In this document: positions 1 through 9,615 of the stretch, in pieces | Layout: each line of letters opens with the position of its first letter | Numbering within the stretch: position 1 is the stretch's first letter | Sequence record: OZ035756.1 | DNA: 64,000 nt | Origin: Tequatrovirus LF73P3 | Direction: 5' to 3' (one strand) | The notes under the pieces: generated by a model | What the model was told of the DNA's origin: nothing | Seen by the model: the letters and a program-made list of their open reading frames with translations, nothing else | The model's database searches: none | Translations under genes and position numbers: made by a program

Positions 1-254
1 CGAACGAAATCAATTTTACAGTCTGATCCATTCACAAACATCATATCAGCATTTACATCATGACACAATGCTTTTGCTACAGTTGTTTTACCTGTTCCTG
101 GAGAAGGAGAATGAAGAATAATATGTGGAATTTTACCTTTACTTGTAATAGATTTAAAGGTTTCTTTATCAAAGGCGGGAAGAATACATTCATCGATAGT
201 AGATGGACGATATTTCTGTTCAAGAATGTGTTCTTTTTCATTTACAGTAATCAT
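1..254 (-). CDS. 44: clamp loader large subunit gp44, N-terminal part (truncated at window edge)
   Basis: Minus-strand ATG at 252-254 gives MITVNEKEHILEQKYRPS...HSPSPGTGKTT (Walker A); reading frame runs off the window start. Confidence 0.85.
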   Translation of the reverse strand, partial: MITVNEKEHILEQKYRPSTIDECILPAFDKETFKSITSKGKIPHIILHSPSPGTGKTTVAKALCHDVNADMMFVNGSDCKIDFV

Positions 255-284
255 AATTTCCTCATTCAAGTTTTAGTGTAAATT

Positions 285-302
285 TAAGGGCCGAAGCCCT
301 TT
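285..302 (-). terminator. intercistronic GC hairpin (GGGC-UUCG-GCCC on minus transcript)
   Basis: aagggccgaagccctt palindrome between genes 45 and 44; same motif recurs at 4996, 8635, 36358. Confidence 0.4.
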
Positions 303-303
303 A

Positions 304-990
304 TTAAAAGTCGTGGGTAGAATCAGCTTCAAGAGCTACTACATAATTCGCGTGTTCACCTTCAAATTTAGCAGCACCCTGTTTACCTTTTGCCCAGAGC
401 AGAAGTTTATAATTTCCTGGTTGCATTTTCATATTTGCCATGTTGATAATGAAATTAAATGTATTTTCACCATCATAATCACCAAGAGTCAAAGAATATT
501 TAACACGGGTCAAAGCAGAATCTTCTACTTTATTAAAACCGTTAATTACGATTTTACCTTCTTTTACTGTGATAGCAATTGTATCAATCTGCAGACCACG
601 AGATACACGCAATAGTTGTTGAAGGTCTTCAGCTTTAATTTCGGTAACAACAGATGCTACCGGAAATGGAATTGGTTTATTAGGAGCAACTACTGTACTC
701 GGATCGGCTGCTGGCCAAAAAATTGTTGAACGAGCATCAGCAATTTTAATATTTCCATCTTCTGACTGGGAAATTTCTGCATCATCATTAACTAGAGACA
801 GAATACCGAGAAAACCGTTCAAATCGTAAATCGCTACATCAAAATCAATAGTGTCGGAAATATTTGCTTCCGCATAAGTTGTACCATTAACTGCGCGAGT
901 CATAATAAATTGACCAGATTTAAGCATAATGCCAGAGTTAATAGTAGCGAAATTTTTAAGCAGAGCAGTAGTATCTTTAGACAGTTTCAT
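304..990 (-). CDS. 45: sliding clamp gp45
   Basis: 228 aa, MKLSKDTTALLKNFATINSGIMLKSG...; sequence and length match T4 gp45 from memory. Confidence 0.95.
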   Translation of the reverse strand: MKLSKDTTALLKNFATINSGIMLKSGQFIMTRAVNGTTYAEANISDTIDFDVAIYDLNGFLGILSLVNDDAEISQSEDGNIKIADARSTIFWPAADPSTVVAPNKPIPFPVASVVTEIKAEDLQQLLRVSRGLQIDTIAITVKEGKIVINGFNKVEDSALTRVKYSLTLGDYDGENTFNFIINMANMKMQPGNYKLLLWAKGKQGAAKFEGEHANYVVALEADSTHDF

Positions 991-1045
991 GTAATTTCCT
1001 TCAATTCAAGTGAGATTTAATTTTATAACTAATTTAATAAAGCAA

Positions 1046-1435
1046 TTAACGATTAAAATCGGCAGCAATTGTTTCCGCAACAAGTTGAGCAGCAACAATT
1101 AGACGTTCATCTGCATTACCGCAATAATCATCTTCAAGGCGCTCACCACATGAAGTCATAATAAATTTAGCACCAGCATTTAAAGATTCTGTCGTATGTT
1201 TGCGCATTAGTTCAATCCATTTATTACTTACTTCACGATCGATAGCTTCATAATACGCATGACGAGCAGGTGCAGATTTAATTTTGCTCTGAATAACTTC
1301 CATCGCGTTATCAGAAAGAGACAAAACCCATGCTCGACGAATTTTATTTTGGTTTTGTGGATTTGATTCAGAACGCACGTGTTTTGGCTGAATATCTTTT
1401 ACATCAACAGTATAATTCACAGTAATTTTAGTCAT
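1046..1435 (-). CDS. rpbA: RNA polymerase binding protein RpbA
   Basis: 129 aa ORF immediately upstream of gene 45, position and length as T4 rpbA. Confidence 0.8.
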   Translation of the reverse strand: MTKITVNYTVDVKDIQPKHVRSESNPQNQNKIRRAWVLSLSDNAMEVIQSKIKSAPARHAYYEAIDREVSNKWIELMRKHTTESLNAGAKFIMTSCGERLEDDYCGNADERLIVAAQLVAETIAADFNR

Positions 1436-1444
1436 AATACACCT

Positions 1445-1633
1445 TTAGTCATAATAATCAGTAACAGTCCAAGCTTCATTTCTGTTGGACATTATTTTCG
1501 TATATTCTGATTTAAATGCATTCTTAAGCATAGATTCAGTAACTATATGCTCTTCATTAGAAAAATTATTTCTCAGAATATATCGTTTTATTTCAGGAAT
1601 AGTTAATAGATGCTGTCCAGTTGAATATTCCAT
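1445..1633 (-). CDS. hypothetical small protein (T4 45.2 position)
   Basis: 62 aa ORF packed between rpbA and gene 46. Confidence 0.5.
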   Translation of the reverse strand: MEYSTGQHLLTIPEIKRYILRNNFSNEEHIVTESMLKNAFKSEYTKIMSNRNEAWTVTDYYD

Positions 1634-1688
1634 GTTTTTCCTCCATAGAGATTATACTCTAATAAATTAAAGCATAATCTCTTATAAA

Positions 1689-3371
1689 TTAAACCATTAC
1701 AGTAAATCGACCAACTTTCTTCATTTGAAGATGCTGACCATATTCTTGCGGGTCATGGTCTTTATGTGAAATTATAAAAACATTAGTATTTTTCATTGAA
1801 TTTATAATATTAGCTACACCTTTAATACCTTCGGCATCAAATGATCCATCAAACACTTCATCAAGAATTAATGTACTAATACTAACACCAGATACGATAG
1901 AAGCAATATCACGCCAAGTAAATAAAAGAGCAATATCGATTCGTGCTTTTTCACCTTCACTAAATGAAGCATAACTAAAATCTTCACGACCGCGGGATTT
2001 AATTGTCTCATTAAATTCTTCATCTAATGTAAACACATAATCCGCTTCCATTATTTTAAGATAATGGTTAATCTGCTTATTAAATAATGGAATGTACTTT
2101 TTAATGATAGCACCTTTAATACCAGAATCTTTGAGCATATCAGTCAAAATTCCTCTGTGGTATTTTTCCATTACTAAATTAGTTTTTGTCTTAACAATTT
2201 TATCAAGTTCTTCTTGAAGCAGTGCTATTTCATCAGCATGGTCAATAAACTCAGATGATGCTTTTTCTATAGCTGCTTTAACTTTTTTAGCTTTATCTAC
2301 CGTCGTGATTAGAGATTGCTTTTTATTGCGAATATCATTCGCCAACGTCTGCTGGGTTTTAATATTATCTCGGTATTCATCAACGAGAACTTTTAAATTA
2401 TCACGATGTGTTGAAAGCTGTTCAAACGAATGCGTGCATTCAGAAACTTTATCTTTAATTTTAGAAACAACTTTATCACCGGAACTTAATTGTGACAAAC
2501 AGGTTGGACATAATCCACCTTCGTGATACATATTAATGACTTTATTATACGAGTCAATTTTTGATTTAATTAAAAATGCTTCTTGACCGATTTTATTAAA
2601 TGCATCAGTTGGGTCTTCATCCAAAACAATATTAACTAATCTTTCATTAGCTTCTTCTATTTCCGATTTTAACGTTCTAGCTTCTTTCGCCAAATCATCA
2701 TACATATTCTGCAGACGAGTAAGGTTATCACCAGTTAATTTTTTCTGACGTTCAACGTTATCATTATATATTTTAATTTGCTGGATAATACTATCTTTTT
2801 TAACATCAAGCACTTGGTTTTGTGAATTTAATTCACGTATTAGTGCTTTATTAAGCTTATCCATTTCAGCTAATGTTCCTACCTCGAGCAGGTCTTCGAC
2901 GAGTTTTCTTCTTGCAGGAGTGGATAGGCCCATAAAAGGGGTATACCCTGCTGTACCAAGGACAACAATCTGTTTGAAACTGGCATATGACATTCCGATA
3001 AGCTGTTCAAATTCTGCTTGGAAATCTTTACTGCTGGCAGATTCATTAAGACGTGTACCGTTAACGGTGATTTCGAAAACATTCGGTTTTTGTCCTCTTT
3101 TGATATAGTACTTTTTCTCATCATATTCCATCCACAGTTCAACTAAAAGTTCTTTCTTATTTGTGCTGTTTATTAATTGACCTTTCTTTACATCACGAAA
3201 TGGCTTGCCAAAAAGCCCAAATGTGATGGCTTCTAACATAGTAGACTTACCACCGCCATTTCGTCCAGTAATAAGAGTTTTTTGAACCTTATCTAGTTGA
3301 ATGTCAATAGGATTTCCACCTACTGACATTATATTTTGATACCTAACTCGGTTTAGTTTAAAATTCTTCAC
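1689..3371 (-). CDS. 46: recombination endonuclease subunit gp46 (Rad50/SbcC-like ATPase)
   Basis: 560 aa, N-terminal Walker A GRNGGGKST, long coiled-coil middle, C-terminal Walker B LILDEVF. Confidence 0.92.
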   Translation of the reverse strand: MKNFKLNRVRYQNIMSVGGNPIDIQLDKVQKTLITGRNGGGKSTMLEAITFGLFGKPFRDVKKGQLINSTNKKELLVELWMEYDEKKYYIKRGQKPNVFEITVNGTRLNESASSKDFQAEFEQLIGMSYASFKQIVVLGTAGYTPFMGLSTPARRKLVEDLLEVGTLAEMDKLNKALIRELNSQNQVLDVKKDSIIQQIKIYNDNVERQKKLTGDNLTRLQNMYDDLAKEARTLKSEIEEANERLVNIVLDEDPTDAFNKIGQEAFLIKSKIDSYNKVINMYHEGGLCPTCLSQLSSGDKVVSKIKDKVSECTHSFEQLSTHRDNLKVLVDEYRDNIKTQQTLANDIRNKKQSLITTVDKAKKVKAAIEKASSEFIDHADEIALLQEELDKIVKTKTNLVMEKYHRGILTDMLKDSGIKGAIIKKYIPLFNKQINHYLKIMEADYVFTLDEEFNETIKSRGREDFSYASFSEGEKARIDIALLFTWRDIASIVSGVSISTLILDEVFDGSFDAEGIKGVANIINSMKNTNVFIISHKDHDPQEYGQHLQMKKVGRFTVMV

Positions 3372-3631
3372 AAAAGATTCCTTTTAATGTATCTTTTAGA
3401 CCATTCTATCATATCATCATAATCTAAAAAGTATTCATCAAATTCAGCCATGCAAACAACGCCTTGTGCTGCTTTTGATGTGATATAAATTATTCCAACA
3501 TATCTAGAATCTTCTTCGGTATAATCAATGTTTGCTATGAATTCATCATTAATGTCAAATGTCGAAAACTTCACAGTATGCATCCTTAATACAAGATACA
3601 GCCATATCTTGTAATGATTTAGGTGTGTCAT
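3368..3631 (-). CDS. hypothetical protein (46.1 position); true start may be internal Met at 3583
   Basis: 87 aa ORF; 4-nt overlap with gene 46 start; N-terminus overlaps next ORF by 77 nt so a shorter product is likely. Confidence 0.45.
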   Translation of the reverse strand: MTHLNHYKIWLYLVLRMHTVKFSTFDINDEFIANIDYTEEDSRYVGIIYITSKAAQGVVCMAEFDEYFLDYDDMIEWSKRYIKRNLL

Positions 3632-3818
3632 TATCTAAAATGTTGAAGTTAAAAGATACTGCCCAGTCAGTGCAGACCGTAACCTTTTTAATACAATTAT
3701 CTTCAACCTCTAGCGGTTCAAACCAATATTCAATAATTTCTTTATGCCCAATATCATCTTTTACTTCGCATTCAAAATGCTGACTCATCATAACATTTTT
3801 AAATTCATCAAAAGTCAT
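3555..3818 (-). CDS. hypothetical protein (46.2 position)
   Basis: 87 aa ORF, ATGA-type overlap with gene 47 stop. Confidence 0.5.
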   Translation of the reverse strand: MTFDEFKNVMMSQHFECEVKDDIGHKEIIEYWFEPLEVEDNCIKKVTVCTDWAVSFNFNILDNDTPKSLQDMAVSCIKDAYCEVFDI

Positions 3819-4834
3819 TGTGTTGCCTCTACATATAACTGATTTGCATATTGAATAAGTGCTTCGCGATCAGAATCAGTGATGTCTGGAATTGCATTAA
3901 TGTATTCTTCCATCAACGTCTGAAGAGATTGAACTTCCACTTCTTCGTTATCATCTGATTCGACAGAGTTATCAATCTTTGACACAACTCGTAATGAATG
4001 CACAACTTTTTCTAGTTCAGATTCGAACTTCGTTAGATTTTTGTCTACCTCAGTTACTATAACACGTACTGATAGATTTGTAAAATCTTTATAGTCAATT
4101 TTTCCCTTAAATGGATATTGAATTCGACGATGCCAGGTAGTGTTGTTTGGAATAAATTCCATTCGTTCTGTTTCTGTATCAAACATCCAGAACCCACGAG
4201 GGTCATTCTCGTCACCTGCAGTTAGTGTCCATGGTGTCCCAATATATCTGACGTTAGCAGCCTCAGAGATAGTATGGAAGTGACCAGACCACACTTCTTT
4301 ATAAGTCTTAAGGAAATCAGGTTCAAGACCATGAGATTTCATTCCTTTATAAAAATAAAATCCATTCAGTTCCCAGTGACCAACACAAAAAGAAGCAGAT
4401 GAAGTTTTGATGTGTTCAAGAATTTCACCAGTATTTTCTTCACACATCCAAGGAATTAAATCAATCAAACATCCGTCAAAATCTACTGTAGTAGGCTTAT
4501 CATATACTTTAACATTAGGATATTTAGCCAAAAGTTCAGTAGAAGCATTTGGATGCATTACATTTTTGTAGTGGAGATCGTGATTTCCTACAATAGTATG
4601 TAATGTGATTCCAGCACCATCAAGCATTTGAACTATTTCACGGGCAAACTCCATAGTTTTATGCGTGATCGCTTTTCGTACATCAAAAATATCACCGTAT
4701 TGAATCCATACCGTAATTCCATTTTTCTTAGAATATTCTATCGCTTGCTTAATTCCATCAATTTGAATACCGCGAATCCACTCATCATCAGCTTTAACGC
4801 CTAAATGCCAATCACCTAAATTTAAAATTTTCAT
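3815..4834 (-). CDS. 47: recombination endonuclease subunit gp47 (Mre11/SbcD-like phosphoesterase)
   Basis: 339 aa, MKILNLGDWHLG...GNHD calcineurin-like phosphoesterase motifs. Confidence 0.92.
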   Translation of the reverse strand: MKILNLGDWHLGVKADDEWIRGIQIDGIKQAIEYSKKNGITVWIQYGDIFDVRKAITHKTMEFAREIVQMLDGAGITLHTIVGNHDLHYKNVMHPNASTELLAKYPNVKVYDKPTTVDFDGCLIDLIPWMCEENTGEILEHIKTSSASFCVGHWELNGFYFYKGMKSHGLEPDFLKTYKEVWSGHFHTISEAANVRYIGTPWTLTAGDENDPRGFWMFDTETERMEFIPNNTTWHRRIQYPFKGKIDYKDFTNLSVRVIVTEVDKNLTKFESELEKVVHSLRVVSKIDNSVESDDNEEVEVQSLQTLMEEYINAIPDITDSDREALIQYANQLYVEATQ

Positions 4835-4971
4835 ATATCAAGAACCGTCATTGAAATGCAAAATAAAATTATTGAAATAAATCCATCTGGAGTGCTAAAG
4901 AACCCAATCCAACATGCTCTAGTGAATAGATAAAATGCAAGAAAAAGTATCACATATCCAAGAAATATCAT
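4831..4971 (-). CDS. small hydrophobic protein (46 aa), translationally coupled to gene 47
   Basis: Hand translation MIFLGYVILFLAFYLFTRACWIGFF...; stop overlaps gene 47 ATG (ATGA); below ORF-track size cutoff. Confidence 0.35.
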   Translation of the reverse strand: MIFLGYVILFLAFYLFTRACWIGFFSTPDGFISIILFCISMTVLDI

Positions 4972-4995
4972 TATATCAAACTCCGTATAAAGCTA

Positions 4996-5013
4996 AAGGG
5001 CCGAAGCCCTTTA
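4996..5013 (-). terminator. GC hairpin with UUCG loop after alpha-gt
   Basis: aaagggccgaagcccttt directly after alpha-gt stop. Confidence 0.4.
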
Positions 5014-6213
5014 TTTTGTAATAATGTCAAACTGTTCTTTAAAACAGAAGCTTGAATCTTGATGCTGATACAAAAATTCATATGCTTTTTCTCGCTCACG
5101 GTCATAAAGAGCTTGGTCAGATGACAGTTCTTTAATACGTTCAAATGTTGATTCCATATCATTTTCATCAAACCAAACGATACCGCTATCATGCGAAATT
5201 AGCGGAGTATTATCAACACGGAATTTTAAATTTTCGCCCGTAGATTTCCAAAATACTGGAATTGTTCCACATGCACCAAGCTCGAGATGAGTATATTCTA
5301 AAGAACGTTGTAGATATTTTTTATCTAATTTACTCAGCTGATAACCAAATCCGGATTTACTCATGCGTTCAAGCATTTCGCTATTTACATAACGATCAAG
5401 AATTTGCGTTGGCAAATTAGGAGCAATTTTAATTTGGTCTACTTGATGAAGACGATAATACTCATATGGAATTCCTTTTTCTTTAATAGGAATGAACGCA
5501 GGAGAACGTTCCAGACCTTCCATAATAGTACTTAGCCCAGCAGGTTTAAGATGTTTTTCGTGAAAATCAAACATCTGATAAAAACCTTTCCATGTAGTCG
5601 TACGACCAATCCAGCGGTTGATATTCATGTTAATTTCAGAAACATCTTTCCAGTAGGTTGATCGAACCTTCGCGATATCCATAGGAGGCTGAAAGTTGTA
5701 TACGGTCGGTGCTTCTTCAATATCATCAAACAGAGAAACAGTTTCTGGATACCATTCTTTCATCAGAACTTTATTAAAATCACCATTATCAGAATGACTA
5801 AAAATAACATCAGCTCGACGAACAGTTTCTTCTAATCCCAAATTTCGACGCAAAGAAAGAGAAGAATGGTCATGTTGATAAACTACAACACGAACAGAAG
5901 GTTTAATGTTATCAATAATTTTTTTATAGTTATTAATAGGGTCTTCTTCAACCGAAGTAGCAGGAACTGAATTGATAATTAGAATATCACAATCATTTAC
6001 CAGCTTAAGTGTTTTATCGTATTCTTTTGCCAATAAAACCGGAATTGAAAATGATTTATAATCATGTGCACAGTTACGAGTAAATGATTTATCTTTAGCA
6101 TAAACCAAAGTTACTTCATGACCATTTTTAATAAACCAATCACGCTGCTCGAGAGAAAATTTAGTTACGCCGCAACCTTCAAGACCTCGAGCCATAAAAA
6201 TGCATACTTTCAT
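5011..6213 (-). CDS. a-gt: DNA alpha-glucosyltransferase
   Basis: 400 aa, IFMARGLEGCGVTKFSLEQRDWFIKNGHEVTLVYAKDKSF..., matches T4 alpha-gt. Confidence 0.92.
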   Translation of the reverse strand: MKVCIFMARGLEGCGVTKFSLEQRDWFIKNGHEVTLVYAKDKSFTRNCAHDYKSFSIPVLLAKEYDKTLKLVNDCDILIINSVPATSVEEDPINNYKKIIDNIKPSVRVVVYQHDHSSLSLRRNLGLEETVRRADVIFSHSDNGDFNKVLMKEWYPETVSLFDDIEEAPTVYNFQPPMDIAKVRSTYWKDVSEINMNINRWIGRTTTWKGFYQMFDFHEKHLKPAGLSTIMEGLERSPAFIPIKEKGIPYEYYRLHQVDQIKIAPNLPTQILDRYVNSEMLERMSKSGFGYQLSKLDKKYLQRSLEYTHLELGACGTIPVFWKSTGENLKFRVDNTPLISHDSGIVWFDENDMESTFERIKELSSDQALYDREREKAYEFLYQHQDSSFCFKEQFDIITK

Positions 6214-6262
6214 TTAATATCCTCATTGTTTTGGTTTATTTTACCAAAAATTTATAAAGCAA

Positions 6263-6282
6263 TATAGGAGCCGAAGCTCCTA
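6263..6282 (-). terminator. GC hairpin (AGGAGC-UUCG-GCUCCU)
   Basis: ataggagccgaagctcctat palindrome at the end of a small ORF. Confidence 0.35.
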
Positions 6283-6453
6283 TCCGCATAATACACCATA
6301 CAGAGGCTCATTAGAGCTTCTAAATTTTATACGCTTATATGTTATAGTTCCTTCCGCTTTAGCTTTATCATGCGCCTCTTTAAAGCGTCTCATCATTTCT
6401 ACTTTAGAGGAACGAATTTTATTATAATCTATTTCAGAAGTCTGGGTGTTCAT
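6280..6453 (-). CDS. hypothetical small protein (57 aa)
   Basis: Hand translation MNTQTSEIDYNKIRSSKVEMMRRFKEAHDKAKAEG...; starts 4 nt after stop of upstream ORF. Confidence 0.3.
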   Translation of the reverse strand: MNTQTSEIDYNKIRSSKVEMMRRFKEAHDKAKAEGTITYKRIKFRSSNEPLYGVLCG

Positions 6454-6456
6454 CTT

Positions 6457-6663
6457 TCACAGTTGCCACCATTTTTTGACTTGATAGGAATCAACCCACA
6501 CTTTCATATTAGGGTCTGCTCTTACAATAGGAGGATTAACTTCTTTAATTGAACTATCATGGTATTCTTTTTCAGAAATTTTCACACAAAGATGCCCATT
6601 CAAAGATTCAGTAAATCCTGCATTAATTTTAAGACGCTTGAATTTTACGTGTGTAAGCATCAA
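6457..6663 (-). CDS. hypothetical protein
   Basis: 68 aa ORF in tightly packed minus-strand array. Confidence 0.4.
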   Translation of the reverse strand: MMLTHVKFKRLKINAGFTESLNGHLCVKISEKEYHDSSIKEVNPPIVRADPNMKVWVDSYQVKKWWQL

Positions 6664-6946
6664 TCATATCCTCAATCTGCGATCTAGTAGTCTTCCAAAG
6701 AATACTAATGAGTTCATCGTTATATGGCTGTTTTAGAATATCCCGACTTTTCTTGATAGCATATTCGTATTGAGCAAAATTATTGTTTTCAGCTGCAATC
6801 TGAGCGTGCTTATAAAGACGGTTCAGTTCGCGTTTGTTTTTAGACAATAACTTATTTGCTTTTCTTTCTGCTTCAAGACGGTTCTTTTCTTCAATAGAAG
6901 AAATAAGCTTTTCCACTTCATCATTAATTTCGGGTTTATCAGTCAT
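6629..6946 (-). CDS. hypothetical protein, coiled-coil rich
   Basis: 105 aa ORF, charged helical composition. Confidence 0.5.
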   Translation of the reverse strand: MTDKPEINDEVEKLISSIEEKNRLEAERKANKLLSKNKRELNRLYKHAQIAAENNNFAQYEYAIKKSRDILKQPYNDELISILWKTTRSQIEDMIDAYTRKIQAS

Positions 6947-6947
6947 A

Positions 6948-7166
6948 TTATTTCTCTAATATAAAATAAAAATCATCATCTGTTAAATGATACCGATAGT
7001 TTAATTCTACACCATTAGATTTAAAAGCGGTATCATACGGATTTTCTGGATCAATATCAATGTCAAGAGCTAAAACTTCCCTGAGATACATTTTAAGTAA
7101 ATAGGGAATAGCTTCAACTTCAGGTATTTCTTCCAAGAATCCGGAGAGGTTAATCGTTAGCCTCAT
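6948..7166 (-). CDS. hypothetical protein
   Basis: 72 aa ORF, stop 2 nt from downstream start. Confidence 0.5.
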
Positions 7167-7707
7167 ATAAAAAATCCAAACTAGGAGAATCGTCTACAAC
7201 ACTTTTCTTTTCAGCCCCCGGTGTTCTATAGGTTGATTCTTCGTAATGCGTCATTTTATCGTAGATGTCTTGAATAAAAGTTTCATCTACTAACGCAACC
7301 ATATCGTCGTCACGACTGTCATAGACATTGTGAACGAAGTAACTATATTTCTTTGCAACTTCCTTACGTTCTTTTTTAATACGTTGGACGAATGCATTAA
7401 AACAAGCTTGAGTTATATATGCATGTGGGTTTTTATATTTCGTTTCATCAAAATTATGAAGCCCCTTAATAGAAGCTTCTATACCATCTGCAATCATTTC
7501 TTGTTTCCAGGATTGGGTGTATCCTGAAAAGTTGAAACGTTTAGATAAGCCTTCTGCAATAAGCATAATGGCTAATCCGATAGTATCATTCTGACGAACT
7601 ACTTTATTTGGGTCTTTATTATTTGCTAATTCTGTTTTCCAATCAATAATAGCTTGTAAAAGCTCTTTATTGTTTACGTAATTATATTTAGGCTTAGTTT
7701 CTGACAT
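7150..7707 (-). CDS. 55: late-transcription sigma factor gp55
   Basis: [24 protein letters not shown]...; track ORF has 2-codon N-extension; 185 aa from MSETK. Confidence 0.9.
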
Positions 7708-7740
7708 TTTCACCTCTTAGCTCAATTCATAGATCTATTA

Positions 7741-7776
7741 TATCATAATATTTGAAGATCTATCTTAAAGCATAGA
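7741..7776 (-). promoter_or_regulatory. candidate MotA-dependent middle promoter upstream of gene 55
   Basis: Minus strand reads TATGCTTTAAG (mot-box-like TGCTTtA) then about 14 nt then TATTAT. Confidence 0.3.
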
Positions 7777-7785
7777 GGATATCAG

Positions 7786-8055
7786 TTATCTAAGTAAGCA
7801 GTATGCTTGGAACACTTTCTCCATCATCTTTTTAAATTCATGAATATCTATGTAATGACTAGTTAAATCAGCATGATATAAAAAGTCTAAAAACTTTTCA
7901 TGTGTGCTAACATATTCGCTTTCATTTAATTCAGAAACATGGCTTTCCCAATATCCAACACCAGTCTTATTTGGGAAAAATGAAATTTTCATATATTGGT
8001 CAACATAGAAAATTCCATAATTTTCAATAGTAATAGAAATATTAATAAATTTCAT
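7786..8055 (-). CDS. hypothetical protein
   Basis: 89 aa ORF, 4-nt overlap with upstream gene. Confidence 0.45.
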   Translation of the reverse strand: MKFINISITIENYGIFYVDQYMKISFFPNKTGVGYWESHVSELNESEYVSTHEKFLDFLYHADLTSHYIDIHEFKKMMEKVFQAYCLLR

Positions 8056-8267
8056 ACATTCATCAACTTAGCCGCTTCAAGAGCTGCATCTAACGAATCA
8101 AATTGGTCGACGTATTCAATCAATTCGCCGTAATTAGCGTATAACCACCATTGACTAAATTCATACTCAAGGATGAATCCATTTCCTTCAATTTGAGTTA
8201 AACCAATGCCATTTGTATTTACTTCATATCCGGCAAGACGCAAATCGTTAATAAGAGCTTCGTTCAT
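8052..8267 (-). CDS. hypothetical acidic protein
   Basis: 71 aa ORF. Confidence 0.45.
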   Translation of the reverse strand: MNEALINDLRLAGYEVNTNGIGLTQIEGNGFILEYEFSQWWLYANYGELIEYVDQFDSLDAALEAAKLMNV

Positions 8268-8269
8268 AA

Positions 8270-8596
8270 TTATGCCTTAGTAATTTTCAGGTCAGCAAAT
8301 TTTTTCTTGCGTTGATTTTTCATACGACGAATAGTTTTATCAGAAATTTCATGCTTTTGATAAGCTTTAGATTCTACGCCAAAAGCTTTAACATCAAATT
8401 CTGACAAGATATATTGAACCAACAATTCACGGACAGTATTGCGCCCAATTTTCTGATCATTTTGTTTCATCGTCTGATGAAGCTCTTTTTCCCATTTATC
8501 CAAAATTTGAGGAGTTACAATATCGCCTTTTTCTAGCAAAGAAACCACTTTATCATATGCGTAAGAATTGATGGCGTTTTTAATTTGAATAGTCAT
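8270..8596 (-). CDS. hypothetical protein
   Basis: 108 aa ORF, basic C-terminus. Confidence 0.5.
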   Translation of the reverse strand: MTIQIKNAINSYAYDKVVSLLEKGDIVTPQILDKWEKELHQTMKQNDQKIGRNTVRELLVQYILSEFDVKAFGVESKAYQKHEISDKTIRRMKNQRKKKFADLKITKA

Positions 8597-8634
8597 ACAT
8601 TATCCTCAATTGCGTTAAAATTTTATTATCCAAA

Positions 8635-8650
8635 AAGGGCCGAAGCCCTT
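8635..8650 (-). terminator. GC hairpin with UUCG loop
   Basis: aagggccgaagccctt between two small genes. Confidence 0.35.
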
Positions 8651-8849
8651 AGCTAAACTGTTTGGCGCCCTTCCAGCCTTCGTACATCATTGCGGCTGAT
8701 ATTAATATTGCTCCTGAGCAACTTGAATATTTGTGATTCCAAAACCAGTTTAGAAAAACTTCGTCATCAATACCTTGGGCTATCATATTTTCAAAGAACT
8801 GACGACGAGCTTCAGCAATTCGTTGCGATAATTTAGATTCAGGATTCAT
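8649..8849 (-). CDS. hypothetical protein
   Basis: 66 aa ORF. Confidence 0.4.
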   Translation of the reverse strand: MNPESKLSQRIAEARRQFFENMIAQGIDDEVFLNWFWNHKYSSCSGAILISAAMMYEGWKGAKQFS

Positions 8850-9065
8850 TTAAATTTTCCAGTTACCATTTTCATCAATAAATTTAATCCAGTCATTTAC
8901 TGACCACTTGGTCGTATCGCCCTTTGGAGCAACATTTAAAGTGTATAATCCCTGTTTAAAAAGCATGCGTTTGATATTCATATTTTCCTCAGCTGTAACG
9001 ATAGCACTCGTTTGATTTACGCTTAGCAACTCGTTGAGAAGTATTATAATCAAAATCATCGTCAA
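8850..9065 (-). CDS. hypothetical protein (start uncertain)
   Basis: 71 aa ORF; overlaps next ORF by 77 nt, internal Met start possible. Confidence 0.3.
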   Translation of the reverse strand: MTMILIIILLNELLSVNQTSAIVTAEENMNIKRMLFKQGLYTLNVAPKGDTTKWSVNDWIKFIDENGNWKI

Positions 9066-9327
9066 TGTAAACTGATTTTTTCAACTTTCTTACTTCACCA
9101 CGTAATTGGCGATTTAGCTCATCTTTAACTTCTGAATCAATGCCTTTCATTCTACGCCATTTATCAGAGCGAAAAATGTTTTCGACCATATCTTTATGAC
9201 TTACACCATCAGGAGCTTTACGCTTTCCGAAATAGTCATAATCACGAACTTTCAAGTCTTTACGACGATACGTTTTACCCATGGAGTTTAATTTCCTTAG
9301 CAACTGAACTAAATACAGCACGGTCAC
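8989..9327 (-). CDS. hypothetical basic protein (possible start at Met16, 9282)
   Basis: 112 aa ORF, Lys/Arg rich. Confidence 0.4.
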   Translation of the reverse strand: MTVLYLVQLLRKLNSMGKTYRRKDLKVRDYDYFGKRKAPDGVSHKDMVENIFRSDKWRRMKGIDSEVKDELNRQLRGEVRKLKKSVYIDDDFDYNTSQRVAKRKSNECYRYS

Positions 9328-9457
9328 AAATCATCTGTTTATGTAACTTGAGTATAAGATAATAAACTTCAAAACCGTTTACATAAGTAACACGAACAAC
9401 ATTACCATTAATAAAATAATATTGTCCCTTTTTAATTTCTTTATCAACCACAACCAT
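9275..9457 (-). CDS. hypothetical protein
   Basis: 60 aa ORF directly downstream of an early-type promoter. Confidence 0.35.
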   Translation of the reverse strand: MVVVDKEIKKGQYYFINGNVVRVTYVNGFEVYYLILKLHKQMICDRAVFSSVAKEIKLHG

Positions 9458-9484
9458 ATCAAATCCTCAAAGGCAATTCATGTG

Positions 9485-9518
9485 TTAATAATACCACAGT
9501 TTGAACTTCTTGTAAACA
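9485..9518 (-). promoter_or_regulatory. early sigma70-type promoter
   Basis: Minus strand GTTTAC(-35) + 18 nt ending CTGTGG + TATTAT(-10), A-rich upstream element. Confidence 0.5.
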
Positions 9519-9594
9519 ACTTTGTGAAAATTATTTTAGGGAATGATAAGAAGGGAACGATAGCTTAGAATGGTAATATACAGAATGTGAGAAA

Positions 9595-9615
9595 GAAAGG
9601 CCCAGAGGGCCCGTC
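9595..9615 (-). terminator. rho-independent terminator candidate
   Basis: ggcccagagggcc inverted repeat followed on minus strand by U-rich run. Confidence 0.4.

Noticed and set aside
60-281. Plus-strand 73-aa ORF at the window start
   Set aside because: Antisense to the clearly coding gene 44 N-terminus; Cys/Phe-rich low-complexity translation
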